This document shows positions 13,739-25,700 of a DNA stretch of 64,000 nt, in pieces. The DNA comes from Eledone cirrhosa (Eukaryota). Position 1 is the first letter of the stretch; each line of letters opens with the position of its first letter. The position numbers and the translations under genes were made by a program. Location: contig OZ024740.1 of the NCBI GenBank assembly GCA_964016885.1, forward strand, positions 220,906,001-220,970,000, in the 5' to 3' direction. The notes below the pieces were generated by a model that was not told the origin of the DNA, searched no databases, and saw nothing but the letters and a program-made list of their open reading frames with translations.

Positions 13739-16700
13739 CTGTAGAAAAATTTATTAAGGAACAACAACAGAAATTGTTTATTCATAAGAAAGAGTTAAAT
13801 AAAGATAGCTGCATTATAATACAATTTTGTTATATGGTTGTAAGACATAGATACTCACAAAGAAGCTTAAAAATGTTATGGAAGAGCCGCACCACCAACA
13901 ACATTTTATGATAGTTTGTATAAATAAAAAAAATAGCTGTGATTGGCATGTTGCTGTGTGAGATATATCGAAGAAATAGCCTCAAATTCAGAGCTATGGC
14001 AATCATTACACTGTTCCCTTAAAGGTACATAATTTTACCTGCCTCATTCTGCCTTACTCAACAATAGTTTTCAATTACTCTTGGGTCTCAAATAATAGTG
14101 GGGGTTGGAACATTTTTCAAGGTCGTCTCCCTTGTTTTTTTTTTAAACCAGAAGTAGTTGTTTAGTTTACATATTGTAACTGCAACCCATCTTATTTATT
14201 CTATAATATATGGGATTTCTTGTAATGTTCTTTTTTTGTCATGTATAATGTTTTTAATGTCTAAAGAAAATTAATTATCACAGGAATGCTACTACTTAAA
14301 ATAAAATTTCGCCAGATAGATTAGCAAAATTAGGAAATAAGAGCAGGAGGTTGGAAAAAATGTGAAAAAATAATAAAGGGATGACAATGATTATTTGAGA
14401 CCTGAGAGTATTATGATACAATTGTAAAAAAAAAAAAAAGTAATTCCTCTAACAGTATAGAGAATGAATGTAAAATAGGAAACCCAGTGAATTCATCTAC
14501 AAGGGTCAGATACCTGTGGTTCTTTAGCCTATCATGAGTGGCTCTTGTAAAATCTTGCATTAAAATAAAAAATAGGTCTTACGATCCAGACATTGAAGCA
14601 ATTTCACATTAGGAAAAAAATTGCTAAATTCATGTTTTCTTGTAAGCACTTTTTGTTTATGATAAATTATGTGGCTTTGATAGTTTCAATTATTAGCTTT
14701 TTAAAAAACCGATAACTATTTCAGAAAGCCAGTACAATGTGGTAGAAATACATAAAGGGCAAAAAATGACAAATTACCCAGTGCATTTTAACATATTTCA
14801 GGGCTATTATCCTCTTTTCAAATGTGAAACAAAATCTAACGATCAATGTGGTCTTCCATAACTGGTCTACATGTCTGAAATAAGCATATGTGAAATCATC
14901 TCAGTAGCTATCTTATTAAAACATACATAAAAGAGTCCAAGTTAAAAATTAGACCCTTTGTTTTGTTTTGAACCATTTTTTCTTCACATTTGAAAAGAGG
15001 GTATTGGCCCTGAAATATTATGTTGAAATATACTAGGTGAAACATTACTTTGTTTTATATGTCATCCTTTGCCCTTTATATATTTCTACCACATTGTACT
15101 AGCATTCTGAAACTTATCAGTCATTTATTACATATCCCACAATGCTTCAGATTAACTATACTAATTTATCATTATTATGGATTGGCAGTATCGGTAGAGG
15201 GTCGGACGCCATGCTTTGACGCATAGAGTTACGGTCCTTGCCATTCTGAGTTCAAATCCCGCCGAGGTTTACTTTGCCTTTCATCCTTACGGGGTTGATA
15301 AAATAAAGTACCAGTAATTGCTGGCCTTGTGCCAAAAGTAGAAACAATTATTATTTTTTTCTAGCTAAAAATTGTTCTTCAAATTGAAAACTTTCCCTAT
15401 CCCTGATCTTCATCAATATTAGGGAAGACTTGGTTTAAGGATTTTGGAAGGAATATTTTAAAAGATATATTTGTCTTTACTGACCAGTAATTTTTGTGGA
15501 AAGATAGTTGTTCATTTAAACTACTATGTTTTATTTAGACCTGCAAAAACACCTGTATAGGTAATTTTTTTTATACAAAAATATATTTTGTAGATGGATT
15601 GTATTAATTAATTGGAGACATATTCCCATGAAATCATAAAATGGAATCGAAAAAAATTATCTATTGTGTTCTAAACCCTTATTTTAATGGTCCCAGTTTC
15701 ATAGTTTTCCAATTAGAATGTATTTAAAATACAAATTAAATTTTCAAAAGCAAAAAAAGAGAATGAAATAACAGTTTTATGAAAAGGATACAGTTTTGTT
15801 CTCCAGATTCAGTTCTGGGAGGTGTTGGTAGGTTTAATATGACAAGTTGTGCTTCATGGGATTTCTCGACAATTACTTCATTCAATTTTACTGCTGTGTG
15901 CATTCTTCGTACGTTCTTTTTATCACTGGTTCAGGAAAAAGATTTTTTTAAAATCACATTAAATATGAAAACAAAGCTTGAAGAAAAATATTCTTTAATA
16001 TAAAAATGTACTTCACAACTTAAAGAGGACAGTGGTATATGAAATTAAATTATCAAAGATAGCAATTTAAATAATTCAATACTAACGGTTTCACTTGGAA
16101 AAGTTCTTTCCCTAATTCTTTTCCAAGTGATTTTGCTTCTGATGGAGAAAATGTGTATTGGCTTCTGTCAAGTTCTAGTGAATTGGCAGCATCATTAAAT
16201 TCGATAGTCTCTTCAACAACTGTTTCCAATGTCGCATCTTTTGACTCCAGAGCAGTAGGATTATGTGCACGATCAATTATGGACTGAGCCTGAAATACAA
16301 GAAACACAACAAATATCAGAAAGTTAAACAAACACAGTTGCCTACCAAACAATAAAGAACTATGTGTAATTATGAGCAGAGTAAATCTTGAATAATCTAG
16401 CTTTTATGTTACAAGTAGGCCATTGAGAAGTACTCTGTGGGCCCCGGGAACAGATAAAGAATTAGAACACAAAACACCTGACCTGGTGATTTTTTACAAG
16501 ATCTTTCTTGATTTTAAATGTAACTTGTTCCTTTGACATAAGAGTCCAAGAAAAGGAGGAGAAAATTACCTGTACCAGAATCGAAAAGGATTTGTCACTG
16601 TCATGAGATTAAGGTATCCCCTTCATCATAGGAACACTAGGTACTGTTTCAAAGAGTTTCCACAGCAAGTTAAAGAATATTAGCCCAGCCCCCTGTTTTG

Positions 16701-19700
16701 GAACAATTCAAAAGGCATGTCTACTGGGAACAGCAGGGACCCTCTGATACATCTTGAATATCTGAGGCTGCAGGTAGGAGCTTGATGTTCATCAGGGCAA
16801 ATTTACTGGTTAAACAACATCAATGACTAAGATATCAAATTCATAATAATTGACAAAGTGTCAAAAGTATGTATAACTGTTGACATGAACATGACCAACA
16901 AGGAGCAGAAGATTGAAAATTACCAGTATCTTGCTAGGAAGATAAAGAGATTGTGGAATGTTTCCACAAAAGTAATCCCCATTGTTAATAGTGTGTTAGG
17001 GACTATTTATTACCAACTGAATAGAAAGATCCCTGAAAAACATAGGAGTAACAACAACTGTACTATTGATCCAAAAGTCTGTCATATTGAGTACCGCAAA
17101 AATCATTAGAAAGGTCCAGGAGCTTTAAGGAAAAAAATTCCAATTTATTTGTACAAAGCAATGCAATAATAATGATTTGTAATTTTAGGCACAAGGCCAG
17201 CAATTTTGTGGTGGAGTGAGTTGATTAAATCAACCCCATTAATTGACTGGTACTTTATTTTATTGAATCCGGAAGGGTGAAAAGCGAAGTGACTTTGGTG
17301 GGATTTGAACTCAGAATTTAAGGAGCCAAAACAAATGCTGGAAAGCATTTTTTCTGATACTCTATAGATTCTGCTAATCTAAAACAACAACAACAATAAT
17401 ATGTCAGGACGATTCCCTTACAACTCCATAAAGAATTTCAGGCCTTCCTTCATCTCCTCTTCACATATTCTTACTAAATAAAAATAGATTCTAGTTGATT
17501 TAGCTTGTTTATGAAACTCATCAGAATGGCTTTCTTATAACTGGGGATTAATTCTCTTGATATACAAGATTAGATAACTTTTTCTTTTGCTAACTTGCCT
17601 CATTAGAACATGTGATGAGAAGAAGCAGATAAGATGTAGTGACAGAGCTAATTTGGGAGTAAGTTGACTATAATCTAAGAAAACTAACCGTTTCCTTCTG
17701 TAGTCTCATGTTACTAAGCAGTTCTGTTCTTTGTTCCATCATAAGGGTTCGTTCATAGGTATATGCAGATATATCAGAATTACTCTGGAAAGATAAAGAA
17801 TTATGAGTTTTTTCATAAATATCCAAATAAACACATTATTATTGAGAATATTCTTCAACTATGGAACAATATATAGCCACATAAACCATTAAAACAATAT
17901 TTAAAATGTAGATAAATGGTAAGGTAGTTGAAAAACATTAACGTTAAGAATATAGGCACATATGGAATTACTAGCAAAGTAACTGGATGATGGTGGGCAA
18001 TTTTCACCATTGAAAAATGGTTGTGTAGGTGTGTCACAGCAAAAAGCACCCAGTCCACACTATAAAGTGGTCATGTAGGTGTCACAGCAAAAAGCACCCA
18101 GTCCACACTGTAAAGTGGTGGTGTAGGTGTCACAGCAAAAAGCACCCAGTCCACACTGTAAAGTGTCGTGTAGGTGTCACAGCAAAAAGCACCCAGTCCA
18201 CACTGTAAAGTGGTGGTGTAGGTGTCACAGCAAAAAGCACCCAGTCCACACTATAAAGTGGTCATGTAGGTGTCACAGCAAAAAGCACCCAGTCCACACT
18301 GCAAAGTGGTCGTGTAGGTGTCACAGCAAAAAGCACCCAGTCCACACTGTAAAGTGGTGGTGTAGGTGTCACAGCAAAAAGCACCCAGTCCACACTGTAA
18401 AGTGGTCGTGTAGGTGTCACAGCAAAAAGCACCCAGTCCATACTGTAAAGTGGTGGTGTAGGTGTCACAGCAAAAAGCACCTAGTCCACACTGTAAAATG
18501 GTCATGTAGGCGTCATGAGAAACAGCACCCAGTACTCACTGTAAATGAGGTTGGTGCTAGGAAGGGCATCCAGCTGTAGAAACCAGGCCAAATCGGTGGA
18601 GCTGTATGTTGAAATGGTATCAGTGGCTTTTTGTGTACTTTAAAATGAGTGTCTTCATGTAAACATCAGGTGACCTCTGTGAGGACAACACTCTGCCTCA
18701 TAGCAAGAACAATGCCACCAGCTGACGGCATAGGGGGATAGAATAATAAGGCCACATTGAAGGAATACATGAAACAATAAATAAAAGCCAGACTGCTTAA
18801 ATTGTCACAGTATCAGTGATTGATAGTATTACTAGTTTTTATTTCTTTTATTCTTTTTGGAATTAAGAATCTCCATGGGCCCAAAAACCTCCTTGGGATG
18901 CAGATTTTGAAAATCAGATCAGTTTTTTTCTAGGATGCGCCATTTCAGAGCCTTTAAACGACATACATTTTCAAAAATATAGATATACAATATATTTGTG
19001 TATAACAAATATAAATTTAGTTTTGTTGAGAGCATTTTAAGCTGTGATCATATCATAGCCATTTCAGCATCTATTTAAGAATGCTGACGAAAGTGGTTGT
19101 CGTGTGATCACAGTAATACTACATGTGTTTGTTATACATAAACTATTGTATATTGGTTCGCATAATCCTTTATGCTGAATCAAACCTTGTCAGCGTAATC
19201 ACTAGTTAAAATGAAGTCACATTTCCTTACCATCTCGACTATTTTCACTTCAGCTTCAATACGTAGGTTATACATGTATTGATTAAGATCCTTTTCCATT
19301 TGAATACTGTTATCTTCCAGTTCTGAGAAGTGCATTATTAAGAAAAAACAACAGGTACACAATACCCAAATGTTGAAAGAGAGGTGTATCAACTCCAGTA
19401 AATTACTGGTATATATATATATATATATACTTGAATATAAGCTGCAGCACAATTTTCCATGCATTTACAATGTGCCATGTAGTTTAGATTCTGTATGTCC
19501 AGCGAAACATAGGTTATGAATGTAGAGCAGCATAGATGGTAGAAGGTTGAAAAAAACTGAATTGGGAATAGTTTAGTGGATGAGATGAGCAGAATATTAC
19601 TCAGAGACAAACAGAGGATGATGAGAACAAAACCAGTGTTGAATGCTGTGAAGAGAATTAGAATGAGATGGCAGGGCCATGTGTTGAGGAAGGATGAAAT

Positions 19701-22700
19701 GTGGCTGGGTGAGAGGAATGAGGGAGATGAATGTGGAAAGAAACAGAGGGAGGGAAGACCAATTAAAACATAATTAAACATGATGGAGGAGGAAATGAAA
19801 GCCATGGGATTTGGTGAGAGAGATGCAGATGACAGGGCAAAATGGAGAAGCTTGTCATTGGGCATTGAATGGCTAACTTTTACTTTAGCAAGAAAACTAG
19901 CTTTAAAATGTTTGTTGCTGTGGTTCTAGGTACAGTATTTTTATGGAAAAAATGTGACTTATACACAAATATATATGGTGTGTTACTAACTCTGAAATCT
20001 CCAATTTCTCCATGAATTTCTTAAATATCCCCATTTCAATCAATATCTATTACAATGTGATAACCTCCCAATCCTACCTTGATTTTCTTTTGCCCATTCC
20101 ACTTATTTCAAATCTGCGAGACCATGTCCCATCAAATGAAATATTTTTTTCATTTCTTATGGATGAGCCCAGGTTATCAACAGTACCACTACTTTTCTGC
20201 CTAGCACCCATGAACCTGTCAAATGCATTTCATCAAAAGGACATCGTCCTACTTTTTTACACTTTCTAGAGTGATTAAAAGCTGCTTTGGTCAGACAAAG
20301 TTATAGGTTTGGCTCAGTCACCTGTAAATGTGGAGAATCAAACCAGACTATAGGGCATTGCATTGTCTGATCCCTGTTACTCAATCCATGCAGCTCAAAA
20401 GACCTTGCAGACTTCAATGAAAATATAATGAGCTGTGTGGTGAGGTGGAAAGCTGTTACATGACCACTGTGCTAGCCTTGATGAAATGACAAGAGAAAGA
20501 AAACACCTTCAAATTCAACAAAAACCCTTTGTGATCTCCTGGTGAGAAGTTCCTTTGTCTTCAGACATGCCCAACTTTGAACTGGCTGTAATACATCTTC
20601 AACACCACACTTCTACATGGCTTACAGTTCACTGTCCATGTTTTTGACCATTTTCATTGCACTTACGCTAATCTTGTATACCGTATTGCAATGCTTTATA
20701 TATAAGTGAGACCCATTGTTGATTGGATAACTGCTTCTGGGAACACGTACTTAATGTCCATAGCAACATACCAAAACTATGGATAGCCACTTCAACTTCC
20801 CTAGTCACCCAGCCAGAACCTCTCAGTCTTTGGAAGACACCAACTAATTTTCCAATTGGGAACCTTTGTTCCCAATGGTACAATCATTTGCCTTAATTTC
20901 CTCTAATTCTGTCACCCACCTCATTTACTTTTTAACCCTTTAGCATTTAAACTAGCCATATCTGTCCAGAATTCTCTCACCTCTTTCTGCTCAAACCAGC
21001 AGCTCATACTGATATTAAGGTATTGTCCGCAAAATAAATATCAACAGATATGAAGATGGGGAAGGCAACCGGTCCATCGGGTATAGCTGCCGAGATACTG
21101 AAGGCATCTGGGTCTGTAGGTCACACTATAACCACACGTATTGTTAACCAGGTAATACTAGAAGGTGTCATACCAAAAGATTGGTGCAGTAGCATCATTG
21201 TCAACTGCTACAAAGGTAAAGGCGATGCACTAGATAGAGGAAACTATAGAGGTATAAAGTTGATGGACCAGGTCATGAAAGTAACAGAAAGAGTTATAGC
21301 ACAGTTGATTAGGGACCGGGTGAAAATAGACGAGATGCAATTTGGGTTTGTACCAGATGCACCACTGATGCCCTCTTCCTTGTGAGGCAATTACAGGAAA
21401 AGTACCTAGCTAAAAGTAAGCCACTCTACTTGGCATTTGTCGACCTTGAGAAAGCCTTTGACAGAGTTCCACGTGCTGTAATCTGGTGGGCTCTTAGAAA
21501 ACTAGGAGTAGATGAATGGCTTGTGAAAGCGGTACAAGCATGTATAGGGGAGCAGTCAGCAAAGTTAGTATTAGCAATGAGTATAGCGAGGAATTTAGCA
21601 TACAGGTTGGGGTCCACCAGGGCTCTGTCCTTAGCCCCCTCCTGTTCATCATAGTCCTGCAGGCAATAACGGAGGAGTTTAAGACCGGATGCCCATGGGA
21701 ACTCCTGTATGCTGATGACCTCGCACTCATAGCTGAATCTATGGTAGAACTTGGAAGCAGGGACTAGAAAGAAAGGGTCTCAAAGTCAACATGACAAAGA
21801 CTAAGGTCCTTGTAAGTAGACGAGAAAACAGAACCCAGATCCCCTCAGGGAAATGGCCTTGCTCAGTATGTAGGAAAGGTGTAGGTAGGAACTCCATTCT
21901 CTGCCCCAAATGCAAAAAATGGGTACACAAGAGATGGAGCGGGATCTCAGGAAGCTTAATTAAGAATGTAGGCTTCACATGCAGCAGCTGTGCTGAAACA
22001 GCAAGCAGCAAACAGCCACAGGAAACAAGTACCACCAATCTCTGGGAGGGCTCTGTAGAAACAGTAGACAACTTCTGCTACCTAGGTGACCGAATTAGCA
22101 GCGGAGGTGGGTGTTCAGAAAGTACAATAACTAGGGTAAGAACGGGATGGAAGAAGTTTAGGGAACTACTACCACTGCTAGCTGCAAAAGGCTTCTCCCT
22201 CAGAATGAAAGGCAGACTGTATGATGCGTGTATCCGAACAGCAATGTTGCATGGTAGTGAGACCTGGGCGCTGAAAGTGGAAGATTTACGTAGATTAGAG
22301 AGAAACGAAGCCTGCATGCTCCGATGGATGTGTAACAGTAATATACGTGAACGACAAAGCATAAATGAATTGAGAGAGAGACTGAGCATAAGAGGAATCA
22401 AATGCTGTGTGCAGGAGAGGCGGTTGCGCTGGTATGGACATGTGATGCGTATGAAGGATGACAGCTGCATAAAAAGGTGCAGAGCACTAGAAGTTGATGG
22501 AAACCGCGGAGTGGGGAGACCCAAGATGACCTGGGATGAGGTGATAAAAGCCGACCTTACCCAATTACACCTCTCAAAGGCAATGACACACGACCATGAC
22601 TTCTGGCGTCATGCAGTAATACAGAGTACCCGACCTCCCATGGGTACAAGCTGAAGCATATAGACAATATGGAAAGTGAATACATTAAAACTGGACAACT

Positions 22701-25700
22701 CTTTTTTTAAATTTCTGATTTATATTAGTTTCCTGAAAATTAAAAAAAAAAAAGAATTTGGTGTAAGTATTGAAGAAGTGCCAAGAAATTCCAGTGGAAG
22801 GAAGCTGCAGTAGAAGAAGGCGAAGGAGCAGAGGTGGTGAGAGCTGATCTCAAATCACTGAAACTCAGTGGAGATGACGAAGGATCCTGACATGTGGAGA
22901 GATGCTGTACTGAAAAGGACTTGTTCAACTCATACAAGCGTGAAAAAAACGGATGTAAAAACGATGAAGATGATGGTGATGGTTATGATTCAGCATTTCA
23001 AAACATAAATTCATATCTGTACAAATATAGTCCAGGATTGAAGTGAAGTTGTGGAAACTGTTTGTCGCAAACATATAACCCATAACTCCTGAAGGTGTGA
23101 TAGAGGTGCCATATTGACATACAGTATTTCTAGGGCATTTTTAAACCTGGCAGAGCCCATCTCCTCTCTGGGACTCAATACAGTAGATTTCTTCTAGGGA
23201 AGGTTAGAGAGTGAGAGAAAGGAAGTGAAAAAGAGATATAGTGGAAGAATCGACCTCAGTACTAGACTGGTACTTTTTTTTTACCTTAAATGGAGGAAAG
23301 GCGAAGTTGAACTCGGTGGGATTTGAACTTCCGAGAGCAGAGAGCCAGAACGAATATCATAAAGCATTCTATCCAATGTTGTAATGACTGCCAATTCGCT
23401 GCCTCTGTGCAAACATACACATTTATAATTGTAAACATGCCTTATGTATTTCTCTGTAAATTGAAAAACATGAACAGTTCGGCCTAGGTTTCAGCTCTTC
23501 TTGGAATCATCTTCAAAAGTTATATACATCTCTCACATTTCACAGAGAAACACACAACTTTGTAACTCCATCAAATGTAACTGTAACAGTGAACTGGATA
23601 TGCCATGTTACATGTGTGTGTTTACATTCACATTTTCTGCAGCTTCATTTAAATCCTATATTGCTTCTGTACAGATAAGAATTTATAGTATACAACGATT
23701 GGCTAAAAAGTTCATAGGCTGACTATGTAGCAGTGACGCTAGAGCTGTGAAATCTTGCATGCATTAATTTCAACTCTTCTTATTAATATCTGCATTGTTT
23801 CTTTCCAGGGATTGTGTTGAAAAATGAACCTCATTTGGTCATTCTATGAGAGTATCTTGGTAAATCTATGAACTTTTCAGCCCTTAAGCTGCTTAGTGCG
23901 CAGTTTAATGCATATACAATGGAACCTCAGTTCACAAACACCTCTAATCATAAACAAATTGGTTCACAAACAGTTTTTCTGAACATAAAACCTCTTGGTT
24001 GACGAATGGTGTCTTGAGTAACGAACACGCAAACTGGCAACAATGGTTGGTGACAAGCTTGGAGCATAGGTGGGAGAGTGTCATTTGCTGTAGTTAGATA
24101 CAATGGTGATATCTATCTGTCTTTCACACACAGTCTCTCACTTCGTATGGGAAAAACAGTTTCGGTTTACAAACATTTCGGTTACGTTCAGTCTTCAAAA
24201 ACGAATTAAGAACATGAACTGAGGTTCCACTGTATTTCAAAATATGAATTTTAAAAAAATAATCTCACACTGCCCTGGAAGTATTGAAAACCATTGCAAG
24301 CATTGAAAATAAGACATAAAATGGTGGTAATGATTTCATTGAAAGGATACGGGCTACTGTGAAGATCCGTAGTTTGCAGTTTCTCCAGACTTTGTGTTGT
24401 CTAAGCAGGAAGGGCAACAACATCAAAAGACCTCCTTCATATAATCAAAGTTAAGAGAAATATTTTGAAGAAAAGTCAAATATAGAAACAAAGAGATAAT
24501 ATAATGTGTAAATACAGTTGGATTTTCAAAATGTTCATATAATGCTCTGGACATATATTGATAATTTGATTAATTTAAAGATAAAATTGACCACATTTTA
24601 TTGAAAATTATGACCATAATTATTTTAACTTATATATTTAACCCTTTAGTATTTAAACTGGTCATATCCGGCCAGAATTCTTTGACCTCTTTCTGTTCAA
24701 ACCGGCCATAACTGGTCACTCATGCTGATGTTAAGGTATTGTTCCCAAAATAAATAATATCAAAATCTCATAGATTCAATATTATGTGAGATAAAGTCTT
24801 TATCATGAAAATATAATAGTAAATATAGAGTAATGTAAATGCTAAAGGGTTAACTTATTTTTAACAAAGGATTATTTTCTATTTTCATAGAAGTTTGATA
24901 ACTAGATTTAAACACTCACAAAATAAATATTAATATAACCTAAGGAGACTTGGGATGAGGTGATAAAAGTTGAGCTGGCACAATTGCACCTCTCAAGGGC
25001 AATGACACAGGATCGAGAACTCTGGCATTATGCAGTAATGTGAAGGCGCATGGCTTAGTGGTTAAAGCATTGGGCTTGCAATTGAGAGGTTGTGAGTTTG
25101 ATTCTTGGACCGGGTGATGCATTGCGTCCTTGAGCAAGACACTTTATTTCATGTTGCTCCAGTTTACACAGCTGTAGAAATGAGTTGCGACGTCACTGGT
25201 GCCATGTTATATTGGCCATTGTCTTTGTCCTGGACAACATCGGTGGCGTAGAGAGGGGAGACTGGTATGCATGGTCGACTACTGGTCTTTCACAAAACAA
25301 ACCTTGCCCAGGCTTGTGCCTTAGAGGGAAACTTTCTAGGTGCAAAACCATGGTTATTCGTGACTGAGTGAGGCAATAGAGATATGCAGTAATACAGAAA
25401 ATCCACCTTCCCATGTGCACAGGTTGAAGCATACATCTTGTATACACTACGTTTCCCCTTCCCCATCCCACTATTGTTTAAATGCCCAAAACACAATGGC
25501 ATCCATTTGACTCCATTACAAGCTGAGGGGCAATGGAAAATTTACTTCCCTGTCTATTTTAAAAGAAGAAAGTGTTAAATTGGATATTAATATTTCTGAA
25601 TATACATATTTAAACTGTTTCAAAGTATTTTTGTAAAATCTGATCTATTATTTAGACATATATTTGTAGTTAAATACTGTGTGTATTGTGGCTTTTAGGG

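Larger units (their letters stand above)
19323..24350 (-). other. U12-type GT-AG intron (5028 nt)
   Basis: 5' GTATCCTTTC; branch TTTCTTAAT at 19345-19337, 14 nt before the exon. Confidence 0.88.

Noticed and set aside
15178-15265. tRNA-gene-like box A/B sequences
   Set aside because: They are SINE heads followed by a SINE core; they are multi-copy, have TSDs at other copies and lack a full cloverleaf.
18127-18579. 150-aa Cys/His-rich repeat ORF ([16 protein letters not shown])n resembling a metal-binding protein
   Set aside because: It is the translation of a 48-bp minisatellite derived from a LINE 3' UTR. It is open in several frames, intronic, and has no splice or expression evidence.
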